Source of the DNA: Peribolospora baueri
Lineage: Eukaryota
Length of the DNA: 64,000 nt
Assembly: GCA_029717555.1 (NCBI GenBank)
Contig: JAMDHS010000010.1
Location: 248,001 to 312,000 of the forward strand
Direction of reading: 5' to 3'
In this document: in pieces, positions 12,949-26,504 of the stretch
How the letters are laid out: each line of letters starts with the position of its first letter
Numbering within the stretch: position 1 is the first letter of the stretch
Notes under the pieces: model-generated
Databases searched by the model: none
What the model was told of the DNA's origin: nothing
What the model saw: the letters and a program-made list of their open reading frames with translations, nothing else
Position numbers and translations under genes: made by a program

Positions 12949-15596
12949 ATGACCTCGAAGAACATGTCTGACGTGGCCGCTCAAGCGCCGCGTGACCTCG
13001 CGGCCGCTCGCGCGGCAGTCACCTTCTCGCCAGAGACCGTGCGCCTCGGCCTCCTCTATCCGGAACCATCTTCTCATCCCCTCTCCTTCGCCTCAAAGCA
13101 ACGCCTGCTCGATCTGCTCCTATCCGACCCCGTCCTGTCCAACATCAAACGCTCCCGCTTCTCTTTCTCTCGTCCTCAGCGTCTGGAACGCGGTCTCATC
13201 GCCCTGAGGGCGATGGTTGAGCTGGGCGAGCGAGAGCGCTTGTCGCATGAGGAACAACTCCGTCTCGGTCAGTTCCTTGAGGAAAGCCCCATATCCTTGC
13301 ACGACATCGCTTTTGTTCCCGTTATCCGCGGTCAAGGGAGCGAGAAACAGAAGGAAGAATGGCTCGGCAAGGCGTTGAGGAAGGAGATCCTGGGCTGCTA
13401 CCTCCAGACCGAGCTCGGGCATGGTACCTCGGTTCGACACCTCGAGACGACGGCCACGTACGATCCCTCCAAGGACGCTTTCATCATCAACTCCCCCACC
13501 CTCACTAGCGCGAAATGGTGGATTGGCGCTGCTGGCGTCATTGCCACTCACGGCGTTGTACAGGCTCAGCTCCATCTCCCCGTCGCACGCGGCGCACCGG
13601 GAGAGACAAAGAACTGCGGTCCCCACCTGTTTATAGTCCCTCTCAGGGACCCGGAAACTTCGACGCCTCTTCCGGGCATTATCATTGGCGACATCGGCCC
13701 CAAGGCGTACGGTATGGGTCAATCGCTCGATAACGGTTTTGCGAGGTTCGATCACGTGGTCCTGGATAGGAGCATGATGCTCAGCGGTTTCTCGAAGGTC
13801 CTGCCTGTGTGGAGTGGAGGAGAGGAAGGCAAGGGGACCATTGTCGGGGCTGAGTATCAGAAGGGAATTCATGAAAAGCGTAGGTGTCTTCATGTCATTC
13901 GGTTGGCCTTCGTGCCAGCGGCCAATTCAGTGAACCCTGTGCTATGTTATCGTTTGTCTCATGCCGATCGTATGACCTCTATTCAGTGGCCTACGGTGGC
14001 ATGATCTTCATTCGCGCCAACCTCGTCGAATCCGTTGGTTTGGACCTTGCTCGCGGGGCGACGATCGCCGTTCGCTACTGCACCGTCCGGCGCCAGTCGG
14101 CGCCCTCCTCTCAGTCCACAGAAGGGCAAGTCATCCGCTACCCGTCGGTGTACATGCGCATCCTGCCTTCCCTCGCCCATGCTTATGCGACCATCATACT
14201 GGGCAAGGGCATCCTCGACAATTACCGGGCACTCACCCAGGTGCTCGACCGTGTAGTCAAAGGCGAGGGAGAGGTGGATGTGGCTCGGATCGGACGGGAT
14301 TTAGCGGACATGCACGCTCTGAGCGCGGGTTTCAAAGCGTGAGTGAGCTCGAGTCCGCATCGCCTTCCCTCCCTTACCGGCAATTACACAGATGGATGGC
14401 CTTGTGATCTGACAGTGCAAAGATTTATTCTGCTTCTTGTAAAACAGTTACTCCGCCGAGCTCACGACCGCAGGACTTGAACGATGCCGCCGAGCCCTGG
14501 GCGGACATGGAATGTCCGCCTACGCGGGCATCGGCTACCTCGTTGCGCACCAAATGCCCGGGGTAACATACGAAGGCGACAACTACGTCCTCTTTCTTCA
14601 GGTTGCTCGTTCCGCGCTCAAGTCGTTCTCCCTGTGCACTGCGGCTCCTCGTGAGACGACGCTCACCAGCAGCAGCCTTTGGTTACGCTTCATGTCTAGC
14701 TCCCCTCCCATCTCGCAGACGACAGCGATGCAAGCGGAAGATTGGTTCGTCCAAGCGGAGAACGATGGCAACCCTTCCCTTCCCGTTGTGTTACTCTCCC
14801 ACCGCGCCTGTCGCATGGTCTCGGCATTAGCTACGTCTCTCCTTCCCATAGAACGGGGCGGTGAGGGCAAGACGTGGGAACAGGTGTCGTGGGAGGCTTG
14901 TAATGTTGGCAGGGCCGTCACAGAGGCTACTGCGGCGGAGCAGATCGAGAGGCATTTGAGAGGGGTGAAGGCGAAGGGAACGTTGAATGTTCAAGAAGAA
15001 AAGGTCGTTGGTCGGCTGATTCGCTTCGTGAGTAACTTGCCGTCCGGCATATTCTCGATCACCGCTCAGACCGGGAAGGTGTAGACGCCGCTGATGCCTT
15101 CCTGTTCCCTTCTTTCACTGGGCAGTATCTTCTCGACCTCCTCCTGGGTGATGCCCTCCCAAGCCTTCTCACCTTCTCCCTCCTCCCTCAACTCCCCTCT
15201 CCCTCATCCGGCTCCGCACCCACTCCATCGCCCGCCTCGCACCCTCTCTTGTCGCTCCGCGCCGCACACGCGCTCCTTGCCAAGCGCCTACTCCCTGAAG
15301 CCGTAGGTCTCGTGGACGCCTTTGGCTTTTCCGACTTCGAGCTCGATTCAGCCGTCGGTGCCAATGACGGGGACGCGTACAAGCGTCTTTGGAACCGTGC
15401 GGTCGGGGAGGAACCGATCAACGCTGGCCTAGATGGACTGCGGGGAGAAGGGGCGGCAGCGTGGTGGAGTGAGGACCAGAAGAGGGAGGGCGCGGCTTGG
15501 AGGAAGAGGGTCTGGATGCAGAGTATAAAGCCGATTTTGGAGACTGGCAAGAGGATCGGAGAGCGGGAAAAGAGAGAGGGCAAGCCGAAGCTGTAG
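12949..15596 (+). CDS. POX1: Peroxisomal acyl-CoA oxidase, multi-exon, ends -PKL
   Basis: GCYLQTELGHGT, SPTLTSAKWWIG, GDIGPK, ATIAVRYCTVRRQ, TYEGDNYVL, LVDAFGFSDFELDSAVG motifs. Confidence 0.93.
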
Positions 15597-16047
15597 AGAC
15601 TGCGATGTATTCCTTCTGAATCACTTACGCGTCGCGTTGGTCACTCGCATCGGAGGAACTTTAGTCTGGACACTTGAAATAGAATCGAGATCTACCCTGG
15701 ACGACCATCGTAGAATAGCAGTGGCTTTCGGCGGGTTTCCAGGCTTGGGAGACGGGCAGGAAGGACTAAATCTCCACCAGGGACGCAAGCTCCGCAAACC
15801 GAGTAAACGAGAACCGCTCATCGACAACAGATTTGGAGACATGCTCTATGGTTTCCTCCGAGTAATAGTAGTACAAGCAAGGAGGGGAGGAACAAATAAC
15901 GCAGAAGAAGGCTGCCGAAAGCAGGGCAGGCGCCGCTAACATGGCAAGTTGACCTTCAATAAGTGGCCTCTTTCTGGCCGTCTGCGACGACTCGCTCCCC
16001 ACTCCCTTCATTAGCCTCCCATCCATCACAAATGCCTCTTCCCACCC

Positions 16048-16789
16048 CTACGGCACCACGTTGACGCCCATACTCTTGGCGCTCCCGATTACAGTCTTGA
16101 CCATTTTCTCCATGCCGATGTGCTTCAGGTGCTCGTCCGTCTGCTTGATTTTGGCGATCTCCCACACGTGCTTGAGGGAGACAGTGCCCACGACTTGGTG
16201 CCCTGGAGTTACTGCACCGAGCTCGATCCCTGCGGCTCGTTTGAGAAGGTGGGAAGTCGGTGGGGCTGGCGAAAGGAGGGGTGAGGAGAGAGTGGAGGGA
16301 GAACGGGAAGGAAATCATCAGTACGTCTGCGAAAGTAGACGACACACAATACAAGCGACAAAAACAGAATGGCAAGCAGTTAGAAAATTAATGAGGGTTA
16401 CGCTCATACTCACTTTTAAAGGTGAAAGTAAACGTCCGGTCCGGCTGAATGGTGATCAGCGTCGGCGTCGGAATGCCCGGCTCAAGGTGGGACGTGCGTT
16501 CGTTGAACTGCTTCGCAAATTCTGACGAAGGTCGATCATGGGAATAAGCAAAAAATCAGCAACCTTGGCAAGAGAGCTCATAGACAGGCCCAGACCCGCT
16601 GATTGCCCCTTTTTGCGGAGTAGATCGTCCATCTAAGCCCGCCTGTCATGCGCTTTGCCGAGACTCACCCATAGCCTTAACCCCTCTCGCACCGAGTGCC
16701 GGACCAACAGGCGGTTGAGGCGTCGCCTTACCAGCAGGGACCAAGATACGCACCACTTGCGCAGCCCCTGTCGCCGCCTTTGATGCCAT
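16048..16789 (-). CDS. MRPL19: Mitochondrial ribosomal protein uL11m, 3 exons
   Basis: [73 protein letters not shown]. Confidence 0.93.
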
Positions 16790-17014
16790 TTTTTACCTGG
16801 TTGTGTGCTTCGTGAACGTCGAAGATGGGGTCAGTTGAAGATAAGGGTGTCACTGGATTCTGGGAAGTACGTTGACTGCGGCGCGTGGCTGCGGTCTGGC
16901 AGCGATCGGCGGAACCTCCATTCACTGGCACCCGCTACAATAGCAACCAGTCCAACACGTCGTCAGGTGCGATAGCTTCGTGGGTGAAGAGGCTGGCTGC
17001 AGCAGTTTGACGAT

Positions 17015-19534
17015 ATGGGCAAGATTGACGGTCTCGTCATCCTTGAGAGCTCTGGGTGAGCAACGTCTCTTGTTCATGTTGAGGTTCGATAGAAGGGAGG
17101 CATGACTGTAATGGAGCTGCTCGCCTATCCATTTGAAGTACTCGTGTTGGGGGCCCGATCCATTGCCTACCCGACTGATTGCATCGCCCTCCCTTTCTTT
17201 CTCACTTCGCATGTCTCAAAGCCGCCCAATCATCCAATCTCACTTCACTCACCCGCACCCCTCCTATCCACAAATCCACGTAGATGCCCTCAATGACGCG
17301 ATAGCACGAGCCGTTGGCGCTTTCGCCTCTGACAATATCGCCGCCGCCACGGACACTGCTCCAGTTACCACGTCCATTACTCTTCCTCCCGCTCACTCAC
17401 TGGCAGCTACGGCTGGCAGCAGCGGTGTTGCTGCTCTCGCTGCCGTCAAGGGCAAAGTCGCTTCCGGGGCAGGATTAGACATTCCGCCAGTGATTTGGGT
17501 GAACGGCCCTGAGGAAGGCGCTGCTCTGTGCCATGTTGAGGAGGGAGGGTTGAGGTTCTTGGCTCCGGTGGGGAAAGACGGTGAGCGGCGAATTGAGTAG
17601 CTTATATTCGGACTCAGTTACGTGCTCATGACTTGTTGTGCATGCGACCAATTCGCTCTTCACAGTCGACCCTTTGCTCCCGCTCTCCTTCTTGCACGCT
17701 TTCATTGCGGTCTTGCGGCACTATTTCGGCGAAGTGAGCGAGGCGGCTGTGAGAGGCAACTTTGACGTGGTATATCAAGTGAGCTCTGTTTTCTTATTTT
17801 CGCTCAGGAAAGCGTATACTGATTTAGCTGACCTCTGTCACGCCATTGACGTCGCATTTTGCGCATAGCTTCTAGAGGAGATGCTCGATGATGGGCAGCC
17901 GATGACCACAGAGGCGAATGCATTGCGGGACGTCGTCATTCCGCCTTCTTTCTTCACCAAAGCCTTGAACGCAGCCGGAGTAGGAGGGTGAGTCGCAGAA
18001 TACGTTTCAAACTCTCTTTATTCTCGTGTTCTTTATGCTCCAGCGGACCACGTCGTCAAATGATGTGACATATTGGTAGAAAGGCCAGATATGCCGTTTG
18101 GCCAGTGACCTGGGCTCTATTCTATCGCTGATCGCATGCGCGTTCATGCCACAAGATGGCGGACATCTTACCGAAAAGGTATACTTACAATCCGTCTGCT
18201 TGCTTCGCGTTGTGGTCCATTTCCAGATTGGCCACCTTGACAGCACCACCTCTTATCTCTCCGATACCGTGGCGAAAGCCGGGTCTGAGATATGCCAATA
18301 ACGAGATATATTTTGACATTGAAGAGTCGATTGAAGGTATTATTGGAAGGTGAAAGCTTCATTCTCTTGTCCGTCGTCTTTAATTTTAATTTGCCAGCTG
18401 GCGCACGCGTCCCGTCTCATGTTGAACACTTTCTCGTACGCGGTTTTATCGATTTAGAAACGGCGCGCCGGTGGCGCTAGACGTCTGGGGGACCATTCGG
18501 TGCAACTGCCGACTATCCGGTAGGTGGCTGACTGTGCAAGATATGTGCCACTGCACTGACCGCTAATGCCTTAAATGCTTCTCGTCCGAACTTGCTGATA
18601 TTTAGGTACACCCGATCTTTCGCTTCACTTCGCGAATCCGGGCTTGATGGAAGACGTTTCCTTCCACCCATGCGTGCGACACAAGAAATGGACACAATCC
18701 AAGACGCTCTCCTTCGTGCCGCCAGATGGACATTTTGACCTCGCCACCTTTCGAGTCGGAGGACCTCAGACTGTCGGGTCCGGGGCGATTGCAGCCGGAA
18801 AGCCTGGCGCATTGGGTGGTTGGGACAAGAGCATGCCTGTGACGCTGCGAACCAAAGTGGAACTCGGTTCGCGAGGAGGTGAGTTGTATGCCCGCCTTCC
18901 ATTTGTGCAAAGGGAGCGACGGCTCGACTTGGTATGCTTATGCTCGCCCGCTGTTCTGGAAACTGTCGCAGGTTCCTTCTCTTTCTCCTTGCATCCCCGA
19001 CTCTCTTCCTCTTACGCGTTAGAGGGCGTTGTGGTCTCGTTCTACCTGGGCGAAAGTGCCGTCTCGGTTGACGCGACCCTCTCAGGTGGCCCGTTGGCGG
19101 GCGGGGCGGGAGGGGCAGCAGCACAGAGAGGGAACGGCAGCAGCTCGTTCATGTTCGAGCCAGCTACGCGGACGTTGAAGTGGGCGGTGCCGAAGCTCAG
19201 CAATGCCGATCAACTGCCATCGTTGAGCGGGACATTCACGACCAGGTGAGGACACGGCCGTTTTCTTGTATGTGACTCGGTTCGCCCACGTCGCTTTTCT
19301 GACAGAACGCGTCCGTCGGGCTCACGCGTCTTTCGTCGCGCACTTGGCCGTACTCTTTATCTATCTAGTCAAAAAACGCCGCGCCCTTCGCCTTCAGCCA
19401 CACTGTCCTTCCGGGTACCCCTAATGAGCCTGGCTGGCTTGAAGGTCGACGCACTCAAAGTGTCCAATGAGAGCTACAGCCCCTACAAAGGCGTCCGAAG
19501 CGCTGTGGTGGGGCAGGTGGAAGTGCGGATATGA
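17015..19534 (+). CDS. APM3: AP-3 adaptor complex mu subunit, multi-exon
   Basis: MGKIDGLVIL, NFDVVYQLLEEMLDDGQPMTTE, SPIPWRKPGLRYANNEIYFDIEE, DVSFHPCVR, LSFVPPDGHF, YSPYKGVRS; the DPLLPLSFL segment is mu3-type. Confidence 0.9.
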
Positions 19535-20043
19535 GAAGTGCCGCGAGGAGTCCCACGCGTTCGGCAGGCGAGATCAGAGGCTGCTTCTCGTGTGTAGTTT
19601 CAAGGTCGCTTCCAGTTATCCTGTCTGTCTGTCTCTGCCGTTCAGCGCAGATATAGGATTGAACAATGTGCAGACGGCGCTTGGCGCATAGTCGAGGACG
19701 CCCTGATTGGTGTTTACGACTTCCGTCTTCTTGAGGGAAGACGGACGCTATCTATTTATCGCATGTACATATTCTATTGCACATGTGCTTGCCGTGCAGG
19801 CCGACCGATCGTGCGGTGTGTCCCGCGTCCCAGTCTGCGCCGCCCGGCCTTGGCGGAGGCTCCTCTCTGGACAGCATAGCCTGTGTCCCGTCGGAACGAG
19901 CTGCGTTCTCGTCCTCCACTGTCTTCTTTCCGTCACATCGCCTGCATGTCGACATGATTAGGTGCTTACATGGCGTCCCGGTGCGGGACAGTTGACGTTC
20001 CTGAGCTGTCCTGACCCTCCATTCCTGCCCCTGAAAAAGGCCA

Positions 20044-20700
20044 TGGCCGCCGCCGTCCATCGTCATCCCCCCCATCCACCTCCCTCCCCACCGCCACCAC
20101 CCCAAGCTCAATCCGAGAACCGACCTCGACCTGTACGTGCGCAAGCGCTCCACTCGTCGTCGTCGTCGTCGTCGGCTCCCGCTCCAGCCGAGCCAACTAA
20201 CGTGTTTTTAGACAAGCAGACGCCGGTCCGTTGGATGCTGTTCTTCATTAGCCTCCAACAGAGCGCCACCACGTCTCAATCGTCCTTGACGCATCTCTAA
20301 CTAGATGTTTTACATATGTCGCGTCCCCTACATACAGACACGGCCTCAAGCCCGGCGCTATCGCGGCAGCCACCCACGGTGTGAGCATGTGCACTTCGGT
20401 TTGACCCAGCGTCTTCCACGGCAAGCCCGGAGGATGGACGTCCGATGCTCTCACCCCACCGCGCACTCTCGATGTCGTATAAATAAGTGCCGACCACATG
20501 CCGACATCAGCCGTTTTTTGTGCTCTTTGGTCGCTCTCCTTTTTCCCCTTCTCCCTACAGGTTCAAGAAACCGTCCGTTTCCCCCGCAGGGCCGAGGTCG
20601 AGCCAGCTGCTCCGCCTCCGGGCAAGATGGTCAACTACAGTCCTGACCCAAGAACTTTCCCTCAACGCGCTTCCACCCCCTCTCGTTTCCCTTGCCTCTC
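20044..20700 (+). pseudogene. Possible 5' fragment of an unidentified spliced gene at the island edge
   Basis: ATG with Pro-rich exon (…EPTNVFLDKQTP), GT…CTAAC…TAG intron, short further exons; no continuous frame follows. Confidence 0.3.
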
Positions 20701-20940
20701 TCGCGCCCTACACCCAGCCAACTCCAAGCCGTTTTTTTGTCCAAACGCCCCACATCACACTCTTAAACGTCTAAAGCAGACGCGATTCACCGCACTCGTC
20801 GTCTTCGCCGTCGCCGCCACCGTCGCGGCCGCTATCAAGTCTTGCTTCCTCGACAAGACGTCCACTAACACGAATACGATCACGAATACTCACGACAGCA
20901 GCTAGCTCCATCGCTCGTTGTGCCGGAGGCGTCGACCCCG

Positions 20941-21095
20941 GCCTCTTGTTCTTGCTCTTGCGCCATCTCCATCACTCGAACGTTGGCACCCCAGCCTCTT
21001 GTTCTTGCTTGCGCCATCTCCATCGCTCGGACGTTGGCACCTCGACCTGTTGTTCTTGCTTGCGCCACCTCCTTCGCCCGGAAGTCGGCACCTCG
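20941..21095. repeat. Three tandem ~51-bp degenerate repeats
   Basis: Unit ~CCTCTTGTTCTTGCTTGCGCCATCTCCATCGCTCGGACGTTGGCACCTCG starting at 20941, 20994 and 21045. Confidence 0.9.
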
Positions 21096-21109
21096 ACCTC
21101 GTTCCCCGC

Positions 21110-21850
21110 CTTGGACATCGCTCCCGTCTCCACTGACGGCGTCAGCATGTCCGCCGACAAAGTCTCCGCGATCCTCTCGTGGCCGGAGCCCACCAACAAA
21201 ATCGAAATTCTCTCGTTCCTGGGCTTCGCTAACTTTTACCACGGCTTCATCGAGGGCTACTCCCGTATCATTTTGCCCCTCACCCGACTCCTCAAGAAGG
21301 ATGCCGCCTTCGACTTTGACGCCTCTTCTCGCGACGCGTTTCACGCTCTCAAGCACGCGTTCGCCTCAGTCCCGGTCCTGCAGTACTTCGATCCCTCGTT
21401 TGAAACCATTCTCGAAACCGACGCCTCCGACTGCGCCATCGCCGGCATTCTCAGCCAGCGCAACTCCGGCACTCGACGCCTGCACCCCATCGCCTACATG
21501 TCTCGAAAGCTCCAGCCCACCGAACTCAACTACTCGATCGGCGATAAGAAGCTTCTCGCCATTGTTGCAAGCGTCGACCTTTGGCGTCACTACCTCGACT
21601 CAATCCACGACACATTCACCGTTCTCACCGACCACAAAAACCTCACCTCCTTCACTACCGCTCGTGTCCTCGTCTACTTTCCCGCCGACACGCTCGATGG
21701 GCTGAACGACTTAGCCCTTACCACTTTCGTCTGCAGTACCGGTTCGGCTCCCTCAATGGCAAGGTGGACGCTCACACTCGCCGCCCTGATCTCCTAGAGG
21801 GGGGGAAGGCTGCCGACGCGCAAGAACAAGTCGTCCTCAAGCCCGTGGGC
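21110..21850 (+). mobile_element. Ty3/Gypsy pol fragment (RT thumb/connection + RNase H), frameshifted
   Basis: DKVSAILSWPEP, FLGFANFY, ILETDASDCAIAGILSQ, LHPIAYMSRKL, VLTDHKNL, and WAERLSPYHF in another frame. Confidence 0.93.
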
Positions 21851-21899
21851 ACTTCGCTTTCGAAAAGGCTGCGAGGAGATCACGGTACGAGGTCGGGAT

Positions 21900-22260
21900 G
21901 ATGTCGAGGAGTTTGCTTCGGTACTCGATGGAGTCTTCCTGCAGGTCCGGAAGCTCAGAGATGCCAGTGACGAGGGGTTGTCGACAGGTCTTGCTGGCTG
22001 GGTCGAGGTCGTGTATAGCGCGGTAGGCCTTGAGACATTGTCGAGGTCTAGAATGCCGTGAGCGGACGCTTGTGGTAGAAGCCGGCGAAGGCGACGGCGC
22101 TGACGAGTTGAATGTCTGAGGCTGGTGGCACGGATGTCGAGGTCAAGGGCAAGGTCGAGGTCATGGTCGGGGTCGAGTTCAAGTTCAAGGTCGAGTTCGA
22201 GAGGATGGATTCCAAGGTTAGTGGCAGCGGAAGTATGTCGCTCGAGGTGTGAACCAATCA
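21900..22260 (-). mobile_element. Possible inverted Gypsy protease-RT linker fragment
   Basis: Thr/Ser-rich peptide ending PPASDIQLVSAVAF resembles the post-protease segment of fungal Gypsy pol; adjacent to the pol fragment. Confidence 0.35.
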
Positions 22261-22715
22261 AGATCGAGAGAGAGAGGCGTAACGAGCGGTGTCGTTGCTC
22301 AAATGTTCGCCTAGTTCCTCTTAGCCGGGCGAAAATCCTTGGACGTAGGAGCGGCGTTTGCCACAGCGACTCAAGTTGTTCGCTTGGCTAGGGGACATTG
22401 TCGAACAACGTGTCCCGACTGGCCGCAGTAGATGCTCAAGTTGTTGTCCATCCAGTGTTTTCTTTGCTCTGCGGTCAAGGAAGGGTCCACGCATTATGCT
22501 CATCCATGCCAGGCGTGCGTTGGCCTGCGTGCCCGAATGCTGGAGCCACCTACTTAACAGATATTATAGACTTGGGACATTCTTTTGTATGTGTATAGAT
22601 CCAGATGTATGTTTGTGTAATCTATACTGTACAGTAACCTGCACTCGCATCCCATCCGGTCTCAGCTCAAGCACAGCAGTCACACGTCCAGTATACGAAG
22701 TAACTGGTACTCATG

Positions 22716-22885
22716 TGTAGCGGCGCAGGGGTGCATCCCCCACGCGCAGGGATCACGTGACTACGGATCTCAGCGTCACGTGATTGTACTGAGTCACGTG
22801 CCACTAGTCACTTGTAGCCTTGCCGCCAGCGCCCAGGTTTCTCGGTTTCTCCCTCGGAATACGCTGAGCCTCTTAAGTCGTTACA
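22716..22885. mobile_element. Solo LTR (170 bp) with 5-bp target-site duplication TCATG
   Basis: TCATG|TGTAGCGGC…GTCGTTACA|TCATG: TG…CA ends, 7/9 terminal inverted repeat, identical flanks at 22711-22715 and 22886-22890. Confidence 0.88.
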
Positions 22886-25037
22886 TCATGATCCAAGCTC
22901 CTCATCCTTCGTTTCTACCGTAGCAAGCTTCAGAATCGGTTCACAATCATGATGATGAGGCGCCGAATTCCGTTGCAGAAATTTAAAAAAATATTTTCAA
23001 CGAGTCCATTTTACAGAAGCGCCTGTAGGGCAAGGAACGAGGGGAAAATCATAGTGTGCTCCAACCGCAATGAGCCTTGGCAAGTTCAAAAATTCCCCTG
23101 CGACACATCTTGTGTAAAGGGATAATTTGGGCTCCACTTGAAAGAGCCTAGGCCACCTTCGTGAACACGATTGCAGTTATTTTTGTGCTCACTCTGGACA
23201 AAATATCTGCAACCCTAACCCCTACTTCCCAGGGGTTCGGCAAAATAATTCGTTGGCAGCTGGACCTTTTTCATCAGTATCATCTTAAAAATTATGCCTC
23301 ACAACTAGACGAAAAACTTTCTTTGTTTTGCATGTTCCTGAAAATCCCACCAATCTGTCCTGCTGAGGTCTACGGTCATCACAATGAAGATAGTCTTTGC
23401 TGGCATCCAGCATCTGAAAGAACAGAAATAAAGCCTGCGTGCAGAAGAAGACCTCTGGAGAGACTCACCCCTTCTAGACAGACTGAAAAAAAAATATTTC
23501 TCAGATAGGGTCGTTGGGACAGAAAAAAAATAAACAAAGTTGGCTATGTGACTGTCACTTCTGCAGTAACGGCCTGCATTGCAAAAATCTTCTTGGGCAA
23601 TGAAAATAATTTTGGGGCCTACCAGAAGATCGTAAATTTTATGCACATGAACTTCTTTCTCAAAAGTCTGCTAGCAGACAGTCGAACCCTGGACTCTTGT
23701 GGATGGCCGATACTTCTCACTCAGTTCGCGCGCACAGAGGTCACACAATATTCCCTAGCCAGTCAGGTTGCAACTGTGAGGGCAAGCGATGCAACGAGGC
23801 ACCTTCCCATAAATCGATACGCTCAGTGCCTACTTAATGGGTCTCCATACTGCCTCCCCCTTTCCCCGGGCACAGCATTCGTACAAAATATCTGACAGGC
23901 TGTTCATACCTTAGATGAATAGGACGTGCATGCATAAAACTACAACGTTTGTGCGAATGTCGTCCAAAGGGTGCGAGAGAGGGCCGTGAAGGAGAGGGGA
24001 GCTGAGAGGGACGAGGGGTTGACGTTGATGGGCAACCTGGGCATCTTGGAGGACGGGCAGAAGGGATTGGGGGTTCCGGAAGAGGAGTGAGGATGAAGAC
24101 GAGCGCACGATGAGCACGCACTCCTTCCTTGACGGTCCATCCCATCCTCCTCCTTCTTTCCTCCTCTTCTTCTACCCTCGCACCTCCACCGACCAGCAGA
24201 CGGTGAAGCGCTCGTCCATTGTTCGCTCGTCGCTCGTCGCTCACCTTGTCTACGTACTACTGTCCGTGCACACGCGCGCCTCTCCTGTCCAACAGCTGTG
24301 ACTAGCACCACGGCCTCCGTTTTCCCTTGTCTAACATATGAGAATCAAAAAGTCCTTACCTACCGGCTGAAGAAGCCCAAACAGCAAGAGGCTCCGATGG
24401 AAGTAGCAGCGTTTCTGGACCTGATTGAGACGAGAATGCAATTGGGAGAAGAGTCCGAGTGAGCATCTCATTCGCTCGACAGCTTCGCGGTTCGAATCCT
24501 TCTGTTGGCAGACCATCCAACTGCAACAGCGACCTACCGGATTCGGGGGGCTCGCATTCTGGGGTCCCTGGTTCGAATCCTCCTGTTGGCAGAAAAATAA
24601 ATGGTGGACCTGCACGAGGCCTACGAGCCGGAATCACTTCTCTTCGTAGGCGCTCAGTCGACCGTTATCTAATACCTTTGCAGCACGTTGGACAGGCTCT
24701 CGTCTCCAGGCACCCCCAGCCTTAGGCGTGTAGCAGCTTATCATACATAAGGCTAGCCGTTGGTGGAAGCAGCGGAGAGAGCAAAGCGCGTGAGTGGTGT
24801 ATAAGTAACAGATCACAATCGAATAGAACGCATATAGTCGCGGCAAACCTCCTGCTTGAAGTGTTTTTCAAGTTACCGATACCTTTCTGCCGCACCAACG
24901 TGGGCCGGTTATCGGAGGAGAGCCGTCTTTTGCACTTTGCGCCTGCTCTGCCTTGGACTCGTCGTCGTTTTGCTGCTAAGCCGATAGGCTTGACTCAATC
25001 ATGTTAGGAAACGCAGGACCGCCAACACTAACCATCA

Positions 25038-26095
<1,058 letters not shown>

Positions 26096-26099
26096 CATT

Positions 26100-26504
26100 T
26101 CTGCCTACCTCGGACAAAATACCAGGATCTCGACCTGGCGAACGACCGACGCGGTAGGTATATGCGCTGGAATTGCCGTAAGACAGGAGGATCTGTGATG
26201 CCAGGCCCTTCAGAAATCATTGGCGTTGCCGAGATGAGACGGGTCATGACGAGGGGCTACGAGACATATCCATGTCCATAGCAAATTACGTTCTTGCACT
26301 GGCCGGACTGATCTCCCTGGCGTTTGACAAAGGTGCCGGTATCGGTCTCGCTGCGCTTGGGATGCCCGACGGCGGTTGCGACGAGAGCAATGATGGCGGC
26401 GACCTGGGAGGAGAAGGAAGAAAGTGGAGCAGAGCAGAACAAAGAAGAGAGGGGACGTGAGCGTCGTCGTCGAAGGGGCGAATGAGGAGAGTCGGCGCCT
26501 TCAT
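26100..26504 (-). pseudogene. 5' fragment of a secreted-protein gene
   Basis: ATGAAG, then a GC…CAG intron, then VAAIIALVATAVGHPKR…KRQGDQSGQCKNVICYGHGY (signal peptide, KR site); the frame ends soon after. Confidence 0.5.

Noticed and set aside
41..15596. PEX7 and acyl-CoA oxidase as a peroxisomal cluster
   Set aside because: They are separated by ~11 kb and three unrelated genes.
18060..18132. Box C/D snoRNA in a long APM3 intron (ATGATGT…CTGA)
   Set aside because: Imperfect C box, weak terminal stem and no convincing rRNA guide.
20941..21095. CRISPR-like array
   Set aside because: Units are contiguous with no unique spacers; eukaryotic context and no cas genes.
22625..22636. TACTGTACAGTA palindrome as a Tc1/mariner excision footprint
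   Set aside because: Too short, with no associated TIRs or transposase.
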